Program-made: the position numbers and the translations under genes
Shown here: positions 13,401 to 26,481 of the stretch, piece after piece
How positions within the stretch are numbered: the first letter of the stretch is position 1
Layout of the letters: the number at the start of each line of letters is the position of its first letter
The notes under the pieces: generated by a model
The model's input: the letters and a program-made list of their open reading frames with translations, nothing else
What the model was told of the DNA's origin: nothing
The model's database searches: none
From: Antedon mediterranea
Lineage: Eukaryota > Animalia > Echinodermata
DNA length: 64,000 nucleotides
Reading direction: 5' to 3'
Assembly: GCF_964355755.1 (NCBI RefSeq)
Contig: NC_092675.1
Coordinates: 27,128,912-27,192,911 of the forward strand

Positions 13401-16400
13401 TCAGTTTTTGTGTCATCTATTGTAACTATAATAATATTCTGTAAGTCCTTTTCTCTGCCGTTTGTTTTTTTAGTACATGTTGTACATAATTCAAGTCAAC
13501 CGAAAAAAATATATATTATAATTTAAATACCATAGAGATAGCCAACAACAAAAAATCTCACAATGTCTATAGAAATCCTTGATATAAAATTAAAAAAACC
13601 AAACAAAATGTCAACTTAATAAGGGTGTAGGTTGGTTGTATTAAACATATATTGCTCCTTATTTATTTCTCTTGAAATTGTCCCCTTAAATTAATATGGG
13701 TCTCTCTTGATCTGAGTGTCTCAAATGAGACGTTCTACTGTATTTTACAAAAACTAGTGTAGGATTGTTTTGTAAATCATCCGACAAAAAGATGGCATTA
13801 AGAAAGGTGGACATTTTTTACCATTTTCTGCATGTAATATCATATAAAAACGTAAAAATATCTTACATAGGTTAGGAGATGAAGGGGCGATGTTGATGAT
13901 GGCAGGCGCACTGCTGGATACAGAGTTGTATGCACTCATGTATATAGTGTAATTTGTATCTCGTAATAAATCTGTAAGATAAAAACAACTTAAGCAATTA
14001 TTTATTTTAGTTATTTTATATTTGAAGGGAAGAAGGACATATAAACTTTATACAACTTGATTGTTTTAATTAATACCTATTTCACATCTGCGTAAGTTGT
14101 TACAACTCCCAATTATTACACGCTTTCATACATGCATACGCGAGTCCCCAAGAAATCTAGGGAGAAATAATTGCCATTGCATAGTTGGGGGCGCTATTTA
14201 ATTATTAGTGTACTGTGATTGGTCAGTTAAATTCCAGGGCAACACACATGCGCAGTTTTATATGAGCTGTCTTATTTTTTTTGGTATTATTTAGGTATTG
14301 CATTCGATAATTGTCCCATATGGGACCAACGTTTAAATATTATTAATTACTTACCTTTCAAAGTGTAGTTTCTCAATGATCCATCTGTAAGATTTTTGGT
14401 CAGCTTGTGCATTCCTGATTCAAATAGTTGAACTTCAAAACCAAGAATCTTTCCTCTAGCTTTCATAGTTTCAGGTACCTTTAAAATAATGTTTTATAAC
14501 GTAATTTAGAGTGAACTTTTTGAACATACTATCCTTTGGTTGACCTTTGAACCATGATTTAAATTTCCAATGTGTTTATTTTTTATTGTAACCATTTTTT
14601 CTATAAATTCAGATGGAAAAAACTTCTTTCTGCTGCTAAATGTTATGAATATGGGTTTTAATTATATATTTTAACTCTATGTATAATTGAATAAAATATA
14701 CCAGTGATATATATTTCTAGCATTTTATTGTTATGTTTCTACTTAAGTTGAATGTACTCTGTTTCAATCTAGGATTATATTACAACAATTTAGCATGTAA
14801 CTATAAGCAATATTACCTCCCATGTTAGTAAAATGTTTCTGTATGTGTTTTTATCAGGGTCATCACTTTCAGTTTCCTTGTGCAGAAGTATCAGTTGTCC
14901 GATAGGATCTGAAAAGACATTTTATTATTGGCTAAATGACCTTCATTCTTCTTTAAATAACAATGGTTTCAATTTTTTCAATGAGGAAGTAAAATGTTAT
15001 ACAGTATAGACATAATGGGATCTTAATATGTGAATGAACCTTGCGGTTAGATGGATGGTAAAAGATTTATTTATTTTCAAGACAAAATCAATGCAAAAAT
15101 CAAAGGGTTATTTCTTGGTTTAAACAAATGTTTGAGGCATTTTCTTATGTAAAACAAATCCAAAACTTTAAACATGGGCACATCCAACAAAACAATACAG
15201 TAATTACTAAGAAGTACTAAAGATCCATTTTTAAATGCCTAATGTTAACCATGTTTACATACATGTCCAATGTGAACCATGTTTACTTACATGCCCAATG
15301 TGAACCATGTTTACTTACATGCCCAATGTGAACCATGTTTACTTACATGCCTGATGTGTACCATGTTTACTTACATGCCCAATGTGAACCATGTTTACTT
15401 ACATGCCTAATGTTAACCATGTTTACATACATGTCCAATGTTAACCATGTTTACCTACATGCCTGATGTGTACCATGTTTACTTACATGCCCAATGTGAA
15501 CCATGTTTACTTACATGCCCAATGTGAACCATGTTTACATACATGTCCAATGTTAACCATGTTTACCTACATGCCTGATGTGTACCATGTTTACTTACAT
15601 GCCCAATGTGAACCATGTTTACTTACATGCTTCCTTTGTTGTTATATTCACAGATTTGGACCATACTCCAAAATCATCAGCACTATGGTATTTTGCTCGC
15701 ACTTGAACCTCATAAATTGTATAAACGTTCCAACCTTCAATAGTAGTTTCACGTAGTCCTCCCTCATCTACTTCTTTAATCTAAAATGAAATAATTAATA
15801 TTAATAATTAAATTCAAAATTACAGTCTGCTATGACTGTAGTGCTTTTTCCCATAACATTTTACAGAAAATGAGGAAAATGTATCTATTTCATTGATGAA
15901 CTTTATGGGAACTAAAGTTACAAAAATAATAATGTTCCCGGGAATTTGCTTACTATTTTAAAACTAGACATTTTTATGTGGATATTTTGTTTGTGTGATA
16001 GTCATATGAATATATACGGTATTGCCACAAAAAGAGACAAATATTTTTATTGCCAATCCTTATTTCTATATGATTAAATGAATAACAAAGACAAATAAAA
16101 AATAAAATAAAAAAAGATTTTGTACAATAGCAACAAGTGATCTTTTTTTATAAAAAGTAAATAATAATATTATTAATAGTGGTAGTCTTATAGCACCTAA
16201 TACATAAGTTTCTAAAGTGCTTTGCGCACAAAAATGATCCATAAATTATCCTAAGATAATAAAAAGAATATGATCCATAAATATCCTAACATAATAAAAA
16301 GAAAATGATTCATAAAATATCCTAAGATAATAAAACGAAAATGATTCATCAAATATCCTAAGATAATAAAAAGAAAATGATCCATAAAATATCCTAAGAT

Positions 16401-19400
16401 AATAAAAAGAAAATGATCCATAAAATATCCTAAAGATAATAAAAAGAAAAGCACCCTAGGCAGATCCTAGGCAGAGCCCCCACTGAAATTTACAATGCAA
16501 AAGACAGGAGGACATTAGGTGCATTTTACAGAACTTCATTTTACAATCGTTAGCCTTCTGCTCACTACCAACCTATTTCAAAATTTGTATAGAGGGGATA
16601 ATGAAAACACTACTTACCACTTGCCAATCTTGTAAATTATTCCTGCACCTAAGTTGATATATGAGATAAAAATAGTAATCTTCCCATCCTGGGGACACTT
16701 CCCATTCAGCAAGTATTTTATTTTGGACGGAATGCGTCAAAGTCAAACCAGTTGGTGGTAGTGGTCGCACTATTAAAATAAAAAGTTTTGTGAATGATGT
16801 TGAAACTGAGTCCATGTATACTCATTATTTCTTTACTAGTTTAAGTTTATCAAGAGATTACAAAATTAACTAGAAAATCACAGCTTCAAAAGTGATGCAT
16901 GTAATAAATGTTATTAAAACTCATTCCTCTGTTGATTATTCTACTCTTTACTCTGTTTTTATATTTAAATGTATGCTTTACATGCAGCCCAATGTACACA
17001 CTGATTTTACTGAACCAATCATAGTGTGTCATCATGCCTGAATGATCAGACACCCAAGATGGGTTGTGCTGACAAACATGATATTTTGATGTGATTCAAA
17101 TATATATAATATCCTGGATTGCTCACCAAATGTTGTGAAACCTCTAAGTGCTGAACATTATTACCCCAGTCATTTTTTATTTATCAAACACGTATGGAAA
17201 CATACTCCCATAATGTAGCTAGTTATACGCCTGGAGAGAGGCAAACGTAAGTAAAGTATCTTGCCTAAGGATACAAACAATGCGGCGAGAGTTGGGTTCG
17301 AACCTCGATCTCACGATCAGTAGTCGAACGTCCAACACGCCACACGCCCTTACATATTTTGTGCGTAGTACACAATGAAAAAAGAACAGTTTGTTTGGCT
17401 TTCAGTTTTTGCTTAATTAACTACTACAAAATCAATTAATAGCCTAGAGGACAGAGTTTAAAAGATGGCAATCAATCGTTTAATTTAAGGAATTTTAGTT
17501 TTGGAATGTCTGGGATTTAACCTACATAAAAGAGTCTTCATGGAAAATTTATAAACAGCTTTGTTGCATATTTTATTTCTGCATTGTATACTGTATATGA
17601 TCACAATTCATTACATTTAGTTCAACATTATTACAAAGGAGCCTTGTCTACATTATCAATAAAAAATGCGATGTGCCCATATATGGACATGATGATGTCA
17701 TATCACTACCATATTTAAGCATATCACTACCATATTTGGACACATCACACTTTTTTTGTCAAACTAGACAGAGCTTAATACACCTTACATACCATCTTCT
17801 TGGATATTGAAATAAGCTTCTTTGTAATTACTCCTTCCAAGTTCATTCACCTCCCACACTCGAATAAACAATCGCAGACCGTCATTTCTTGATAAGTTGC
17901 AGACAGTTTCATTCACGTCATTGCAAGATTCCCATTTGTTACTAAAAATCAATATGTATAAAATAAGTATATTATTTTCCTAAAGCTTGGTTCCCACTTG
18001 CACTCAACATAATGTAAGCAATTTGATGGATTATCCAAACTGTCGCTTGTCTAGCAACTTAAGTCCTTGTAATGCATTCTTATTATATATAAATTCACAG
18101 ACATATAAGAAATCCTAAACTACCTGATGATACACTGAAAATTAATCAATCAATCATCAAACAGTAAACGTAAGGAAACTGTGAAAATTAAACAAATTGA
18201 CCTCTGTCTCCATACATGTAAACGTTTTGATAGTAGTTTAATTTTATTTATTTATTTTTTTTTTTAACCATATTAAATGAGGGTGATCCATCCAGCAAAT
18301 TTCTGATCATTAGGGACCCTCAGAGGGCCCGTTTATGAACAGCAAGTATACGGATAACTTGTCATCTTTTGGGGTCATTAATCATGCCTTAACGACCCTT
18401 AATGGCTTTTTTGAGTACTACCACCTGGGTTATCGGGACCAACCTCAGCCCGGCAAATTTGGAGGGTTGGCTTGTCCAATGGGGAGTTGAAGGCGACCTT
18501 GCTGGATTAAACAATGTATTTTATGAGATAATCATGCAAATCAGGCTGAAAATAAGGCCATGAGTAGCCGGATAACTAGAAGTCTGTAAACGGTAGGGAG
18601 AATTTTGATTTAGCCTTGTCAGGAGAGACCTCTGGCATATCCAGATACTTTAAATGTTCATAAACACAACCAGAGAGAGGTTCACAAGACAAACATATAC
18701 ACAAGATGCTCTACATAAACAAAGTCTTTGGGAGTGGCGTTGTCATTTTGTCCTTGGAAAAATTCCTGACATGTGACAGGACTGGTAGCCAGGAGTGGTA
18801 GCCAAGCATCATAACCACCAAGCCACAACTCCACTTAATTGTTATAACACAAATTATAAACACTTTTTTAACTATTTTATTTTAATTATATTCTACCAGG
18901 AAAGCTGATAAGCATGCTGAAAACCAGATTTTTCAGTAACAACATTTTTGGCCAACCCAAAAATCAAAAATTGTACTGTACACTATTTTCTTCTGGGCTT
19001 TGAAGCTTCGTGGAAGATTAGTTTTCCGTGATCCTGGCTGCCATGTGCAGTGAGCAGATGCGTACAAATGTCCAGTACACACTATGCTTTGAGGTGCTGA
19101 TGGTTTTCCTATAAAACAATACCAATGTTATTAAAAACCATAAAATATACAAGAAACTGGTACAGTAATTAAATATGCAAATGAAGTAAACTAACCAATA
19201 TCAAAAAGTAACAGTTTTAAAAAGAATCTCATCTTTCATGTCATCATTCAACTCATGATTATTTCTATCCTCATCACCAACCATTCACCATCATTCATAT
19301 TCGATGTTATTGTTACTCATCATGAGCAGGTCAAATTGCTGTTATGGCGGGGCCTAAACAGGCAACAATAACGGCATGGTTTGAGGCCGACTCACTCCTA

Positions 19401-22400
19401 GTTCTGGTGATGCAGCAAGTCTTGTCTGATAAGAACTATAAACCGAAGATCCACTGTGCACAATTTGCCCGTGTGCACTTTAAAGAACCCAGTTCATCAC
19501 CATCCTCATCCCTCTCAACATCATCATCTTGGCAATCACCATCTCAACATTCTATCACCATCCTCATTACTCTCAACATCACCATCTTGGCAATCAACAT
19601 CTCAACATCCTATCACCATCCTCATCACTCTCATAAACATCATTATCATAGCAATCACTATCTCATCATCCTAGCACCATCCTCATTACTCTCATCAACA
19701 TCATTATCTTGGCAATCAACATCTCATAATCCTATCACCATCCTCATCACTCTCAACATCATCCTCTTGGCAATCAACATCTAAACATCCTACTGTATCA
19801 CCATCCTCATCACTCTCAACATCATCATCTTGGCAATCACTATCTCAACATCCTATCACCATGCTCATCCCTCTCAACATCATCTTTTTGGAAATCACCA
19901 TCTCAACATTCTATCACCATCCTCATCCCTCTCAACATCATCATATTGGCAATCAATATCTCATAATCCTATCACCATCCTCATCCCTCTCAACATCATC
20001 ATCTTGGCAATTAACATCTCAACATCTTATCAACATCCTATCACCATCCTCATCACTCTCAACATCATCATCTTAGCAATCAACATCCTATCACCATCCT
20101 CATCACTCTCAACATCATCATCTTGTTAATCAACATCTCATCATCCGATCACCATCCTCATCCCTCTCAACATCATCCTCTTGGTTTCAACATCTCATCA
20201 TCCATCACCATCCTTTTTAAATTCATAAATAATACAGTAATATAAATTTTTTTAATTAATTAATAATAACAATACAATTACATACTTCCTAGTGTTATAT
20301 TGACAACCGTCCAATTTTGTACTGGGTCATTGGCTTTGCCACACTTGAACACTCCACCATCTTCAAAGCTTTTAACAAGATACAGAAGGCTCCTACCATC
20401 CTCTGCTCTAGTTTCATAGTGTTTACCATCATGGTACCAACCAATGTTTTCATAATGAATTGGACAACTAATAGTCAATAAAATTGCCGAGTAGTTGGCC
20501 ATATCAATAACGGTACTGTTGTTTACATTAACTTCTGAAAAAAAAAAAAAGTTTTACAAAATTTCATTGTAAAATTGAACAAAATCTAATGGTATGGTTA
20601 TGAGTTACAATAACTTGATTGAAAGGTATTGAGTTACAGTATATATCATGCCAGGTTTAGGTTAAAAAATATATCTTAGGCCGGTTTCCGCAGCCAATAA
20701 ATTAACCGATAAACTTCCTGTGGAAACAGGGTTTAACAAATTCCGCTCGAGAAAAATTAATAATGTAACCAATAATTATTTCATTCAAATCAGATTAACC
20801 CATTTTTTTTAACCTTTGACCTGATAGACAAATCATTGTGATTGGCTCTTGGTTGTTCGGTAATGAATGATCATGCATACTTTTTTATTGATTATCTGAT
20901 TGGTTAACAATAATATAAAACGATAACAAAGACACAGCCTTTAATAATATAATTACATTACTACAGGTCAGTAGCCACTTTAGGATAGTGACATGAAAGT
21001 TACAAGAATAGCCATTGACAAAATTCAATCTACACTAGTGATGTAATCAGAGTAAAACATTTCTTTTTTAAGACACCAGAAGATATTCCTGTGTGACATG
21101 AAGCCAGGTAGATTTCAATAACCTGCTCACTCTTTCTAACTACCAGTCCCTCTCCTGATAAATCTTATTCCGAGATATATTACAATTTACATCTACTGTA
21201 CTTCAGTGGTGGCGCCAGCGGGGGGCGGGAGGGCCAGGGCCCCCCGTCGGGGAAAGCTGCCCACCCCCCCATCGGGGAGTATTGGCCATATTTGTCGGGG
21301 AGAAAAATATGATCATTTCTTTTCTGGTAAAAAATAAAACCATATTAAGTGTACTACTATATATTTTAAGTAACTGCGACATTCCATTTTTGACGTACGT
21401 ACGATATACTGACAGCGAATAAAACAGTATGTGGTACGCATTTGTCTGGCGGTGTCTCTTTGTACGAATCTTTCATGGCTCACTGCGGTATACGCGTCGA
21501 CATATCTGGGCTGTATCATATTATATCCAGGGACCAAAATGTGTATTTTTCAGATTCGAGGCGAAAATCGAAAATTCATTTGCAACTACGCATCGACGTA
21601 CGTTCATACATGGATAAAGGTACGAGTTATGTTCTCACGGTTGAGTTTACTAATTGTTTCAATTCACCAATAACCCTTGGTGAACCGCGTATATGTTCGC
21701 TGTCGATTAAAGGGGTTTGGGTGAGGGTTCGATTGGGAAAAGGAAGCGGTTGGCCCGAACCATAAAACAGGGTCTGGTCACGTTTCTTTTCGCGCATAAA
21801 TCTCGATCTAGGGTAGGGGGGGGGAGGGTGTGAATAGGGTGGCTAGCCACCTACCTTAATTCTAAAGGGAAAAAAAAGACGCACCAAACCCGTGACCGTC
21901 GCTAGACGCGGATTCGACGCACTTGACTCTTTTAATTAAGAAGAGTAGGCTAGAGCTATAGTTGTGTAAATAGGCCTACATAGTGAAAGAGCTAAGAGTT
22001 TAATTACTATTTATGAATTCAAGAGTTTAAAAAGAAAAAGCGATTTAAAATCTTTGGAAAATACCCACAACTGAGTTATTTTCAAAACACATGCACTCCC
22101 ACTACCAGCATCACGTTGTCTTAGCTTGCTCCTCGTGTGAATGCTGACGTCATCACTCTCCAAAAATACACCATTTTCCGCCCTGGTCCGTGTGCAAGCG
22201 TTAGCGTGGACCTGTATATTTACACCCCTGTACAGATTAGAGTGTAATATCGTGAACTTTTTTCTCGCATATGAAGGTTTTTTATATAATGGTATGCAGT
22301 ATTAACGATAAAAAAAACGATAAACATGATGTTCTTTTATTATTATTTCATAGGCATAGCATAAACATGAAATGTCTTGTTCTATGTACACGGCCGAAAA

Positions 22401-23727
22401 AACGTGTGTGGCGTATTTGGCATTTTATTGATTTGTGTTATAGACACGGCGATTACGGCAATCATCATTGTACTGTATACTAAATTACATTGAGTTATTC
22501 ACCCGGCTATAGGGTATATCTGAGGTTAACAGACCACCAAAGCACAGTCGTACACTAAACACATGCACTATCGAGGCATTTTTGGATCAAAGTTTATTAT
22601 TAGTTCGTCGAAAAAGATCCGTATTAGAGTATTTAGGAAGGATTTATTTAAATTTACATTATTATGTGACATTGTTATTAAATGTAATACAGTTGCTCTA
22701 GCCTATTAAATAATGTGTAAGCATCCATTTTTTCAAAATTTTCTGAGGCTCCGGAGGGGGAATACCCCCTCCCAAACCCACCCCCGCTTTCGCGCGTACG
22801 GCCCACCGTGGGGATATTCGGCGCCACCACTGCTGTACTTCAAATATTCAAAACTTACGTTTGTTTATAGGCTGAGCATTTACTAAGGAAGAACCAATCA
22901 GGAAAACTGTGTAGAAAAATGTCCATTTCAAACAGCTCTTAAAAGCCCTGCAAACACCATTTAGTAACAACCTAAAGCAAGACACAAATGAATTTAATGC
23001 AATAATAAAACATTAAAAATACATTGTGTTTATCTAAAAAAAAGTATTCTATTCTATTTTGTTAATATATTATAATATTTAAAAATGGCATAACATGATT
23101 ACCATTTTGAGGATTGTAAACATTATATCTACCAAGGACATTATAGGAAATAATGCAGTGTCAAATGTTTTATATCTCGCCTCAGCAGTCAAACTAATAG
23201 GCAGTGCTGGCAGTACTAACAACACAACACATTATTTAATATAAAGGATAGGTCTGCAGACCTACCAACAGTCAGGCCTATTTCCTATTTATAGTATTAT
23301 GATGATGTAAAATGTTTATGTACGATTTGTGATTTGGGAAATTTGAAATTAAATTGCCCCAGCCCGGAATGATTTCCTTGCACATTCTCTTTCTTTTACT
23401 TTTTTTAGCAAGAAAGGGTCTAGCAGGGACCATACTACTAGCCTCTAGGCTAGGCCCTATTGACTGTACTAGCAATTTACAATATGTAGGCCCTAACACT
23501 ACATAATGATACGTTTAACTTCTGGGTTTCCCCCAGCAAACCTATCGGACTCTAACATCAGTGACGACCTAGGCAAGAGAAGAGGAGGGCTAGCCTAGCT
23601 AGCTAGCGCTAGGCTAGGACCTAGCTAGCCTATGCTAGGGGGATAGGGGGCTAGGTTTGGCCTACTTTCGTACCTAGCCTAGGCCTAGTAGGCAAAAACA
23701 AAACATACATTTGCATAATACTTACAT
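10490..23727 (-). CDS. Class I cytokine receptor-like protein B (SP-Ig-CBM-FN3-TM-long cytoplasmic tail), ~1129 aa
   Basis: Exons 23727-23726 (AT), 22971-22859, 20534-20286, 19108-18982 (weak donor), 17941-17793, 16769-16618, 15780-15627, 14908-14817, 14478-14355, 13971-13867, 13071-12932, 12472-10490. They sum to 3390 nt in one open frame. Motifs: signal peptide, Ig-like C..W..DGGVFKC, CBM (VCTG..AHCTW; ESC..VC), YEVQVRAKY..FGVWS, TM VVVIAVAVFVAIVVILLLLGILW, PLPEP and WQNIPNP. The last exon contains the 646-aa ORF. Confidence 0.88.
15235..15630. repeat. 28-bp minisatellite (~14 units) overlapping a splice donor
   Basis: Unit acttacatgcccaatgtgaaccatgttt; its last copy forms the exon 15627 donor. 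Confidence 0.95.
16230..16450. repeat. 36-bp minisatellite (~6 units)
   Basis: Unit aaaatgatccataaaatatcctaagataataaaaag. Confidence 0.9.
17105..17350 (-). mobile_element. tRNA-derived SINE
   Basis: B-box ggttcgaaccc followed by tatccttaggcaagatactttac; homologous to the plus-strand copy at 53357-53620. Confidence 0.65.
19494..20212. repeat. CAT-rich ~60-bp tandem repeat (~12 units)
   Basis: Unit approximately tcaccatcctcatcactctcaacatcatcatcttggcaatcaacatctcaacatccta. Confidence 0.9.
21204..22832. mobile_element. Non-autonomous hAT DNA transposon (1.63 kb)
   Basis: TIR cagtggtggcgcc/ggcgccaccactg with a perfect 8-bp TSD ctgtactt (21196-21203, 22833-22840); no transposase ORF. Confidence 0.92.
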
Positions 23728-24824
23728 TTTGGTAAAGTGCTTCAGATTAACTAATTACTTCAGTCATTTTCTACGGGATAACCTGGGCAATTTGGATGAT
23801 GATAAATCAGGGTTTTTTTATTTCCTGTTTTTCATACTTTCGTTTTTTTTATGGTGGGTATTCTTTGATCGAAAGGTGGCAGCAAACAGACCACATTATT
23901 TTTTTAGATACACAGTACTAAAAAAAAAGCCTACAAGTTTGTTTGTTTGTTAGTTTATTTTCATATGCTAATAGTATACAAATTCAAAATTCATTAACAA
24001 TTCCTGGGGGAAAAAAGACATAATACAAAATATAGACCTACACTGAATACAATCTCTTTAAATGTTACTAATACCACAGAGTTTACCGACAATTAAATAT
24101 CGAAAAATATAATATTTTATATACTTAAAGTTGGTTATTTATATGATGCCTATAATAATATAGATCAACCATAGCCTCCAGTGCGAAGTAAATACATATG
24201 TTTTAAATTTGTTTTGTCTTTCTTCTGTGTTTAATGTAGGCCTATAATGTATTGCAATTACAGTTACAGACCGAAAGGAATATAACACTGTACGATATAC
24301 AAAATCGCACACGGCGTTTATTTTAGTAATCATTTAGAGAAGTTTAAATACAGTATAGAATATTTTCTTAGAACATGCACAAATTGTACGCATGACAGAT
24401 GGGAAAATGGCAAAAGTGTACAGGACTACGTTTAAAACAATTTATGAAGAAAAATTAATTAGCCAACAAAGTAATCGAAGTTCAAAATATTAATCGTAAA
24501 ATATCTGATCATTTTTTTTCTTTTTAAGACAAAAATAGTGGAAATGTTTACCTCCCTTCATAAGTAGCTCAGCAACATAAGAAAATACTAGTTTTTTTTT
24601 AAATATAAGGACGAAACATGCATGAGACTTAAATGCTTTATTGTTATCAACAATGGGAGTCTATATAGGGTCTGTTACAGCAGTAGGCCTAACACATTTC
24701 ATCGTGAGAGAGACATTGATTAGTAAAGATAAAATATAAATAAACATTTATAATTCTTTCAGGTTGAGCACCTCTCCTATTAAATCCAAAGGTAAAGCCT
24801 ACGGAACATTTTATCGGAAAATTG

Positions 24825-26308
24825 TTACGGGGTTTTCGCCACACATGCGTGTAACAATATCGGTTCAGGCTCGAATATATCTGAAAATCGTGATGCAACT
24901 ATTGCTGTAACTTGTCTATATTCTTCTTTGCATGAACATGGAGTGACACCACCGGCACAGCTCGTTTGTGGTACACACTGATCTTCCTCAAAAGTCTGTT
25001 CAAGGAGTCCCTAACAAACAAAAATACATATGGATATGATTCACTCTTTGTAGATGAGCATTTTATTATAATAATATTCACAAGTCTCTTGCCTCTGTCA
25101 TAATTATGAATTTTATTAAAGCTTATTATACAGATGGTAAATCACGGGAGTCAGATAACGGAGATAAATGTTAAAAGTACATATTAGATACAAATAATTG
25201 AATAATTGTGTGAAAGTACTTCAAAATTGGATTATTTGAAATTTCAAAATATAGGGATGGGAATTCTTTGGGAAAGAGTTGATGATACACCCACCGTACG
25301 AATTATGAAAAAAATCAAGGCAACTCTCAGTTAAGCAAACGTTTTAAAATGACCGTTTTGTCGAGTCTCCTAAAATACGAATACAATAAAGTATAAACCT
25401 GAACTAAAACGACAGTTTTCCTCCTAATGTCAAGGGCAGATATCAGTATGTCATGAGTCTGTGTTGTTAAGGTTCCTTCGCATATTCTGCTGGATGACAC
25501 ATCCCTTCTCCTTCTTTGAGAACTTGACCCGTTTCTAAAAAATATCAAAATAACAACAATATGACCTATAAAAACTTAATGATCTTTGCTGTTGCTGTGT
25601 ATAGCGTTATTCGATCGTCTGTATATAGAGTTAAACTGTTTCGATCGTTATATTGGATCATCAAGGCCTATCGAACGTTGTACTTGATTTCCCTCTTCAA
25701 CTTGGTTCTCACTCTAGGACGTAAACGCAACGCAAACGTGTTGACCAATGACAAGCGACCCTTCGAATAATCCATCGCTTTTGTAATTGGTTAACTCACT
25801 TACGTTGCGTTACATCCTTGTCTTGCGTCTCAAGTGGGATTTGTTTAAAAGGGGAGCGCTTATAGTCTGCCAAACAATATCAACATTTGCAAGTCATTTA
25901 GCTGTCAAATGGAAGACCCCTGGATCCGCCCATGCACTAGAAACCTTAAAATAAAAACTCTGGACCCGCCCTTGATAATAATTATCAAAATCACTAACAA
26001 CATGTTTATCCATACCTTGTATCAACAAAGTATTCAGGGTATGTAGCCAGCAATCTAGTCTGCTGATCTTCCGTAAGTTCCATGACAGGGGTTGTACGGT
26101 TGTATACCATTGCTTCCATTACCTCTGACGACAGATTCGCCAACGACGCTTCGTATTCTTCAATCAGGTACCTCTGCTGATCAGTGATGGCAATATCACA
26201 GTCGCGCCTTTTACACCAAGACTCACAACTAACGCCCACATTAACAGTGACGCTAGACTCAACTACAATCAACAATGTTGCAAAAATGATAACTGATCGA
26301 GCATCCAT
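24825..26308 (-). CDS. Secreted Spaetzle/neurotrophin-like cystine-knot-family precursor, 204 aa
   Basis: Exons 26308-26016, 25534-25399, 25010-24825 (615 nt, compatible phases). Signal peptide MDARSVIIFATLLIVVES, prodomain, furin site QRRRR|D. Mature domain ICEG..ISALDIRRKTVVLVQGLLEQTFEEDQCVPQTSCAGGVTPCSCKEEYRQVTAIV..FEPEPILLHACVAK resembles Spaetzle/NGF spacing. The gene model is solid; the family call is by eye. Confidence 0.75.
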
Positions 26309-26481
26309 CTGGAGATTGTTGTATCTGAACAATACCTATAGAATATAGAAAGCAAACGAATTTATCGAAATGAATTATTTCAAATTCGATACTTACCTAC
26401 CTTATTTAAATAGGCCTACCTTATTAATTTATATTAGGCTATTGTAATAGTTTAGGAAAGAAAAGAACAATAAATGTTTAC

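Noticed and set aside
15235-15630. CRISPR-like array or repetitive ORF 15466-15756
   Set aside because: Units are contiguous with no unique spacers, there are no cas genes, and the context is a eukaryotic intron; the ORF is a repeat artefact.
16251-16454. Hydrophobic repeat peptide (FLFIILGYFMDH)n
   Set aside because: Translation of an intronic 36-bp minisatellite with no supporting exon structure.
19344-20129. His/Ser/Ile-rich ORFs on the plus strand
   Set aside because: Translations of a CAT-rich tandem repeat, antisense within a receptor B intron.
21313-21765. Short ORFs inside the hAT element as transposase
   Set aside because: No BED finger, DDE or dimerisation motifs; short and overlapping.
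24899-25081. ORF-track peptides 24899-25081 and 24689-24898
   Set aside because: Wrong frames; the spliced frame 25010-24825 encodes the Cys-rich domain.
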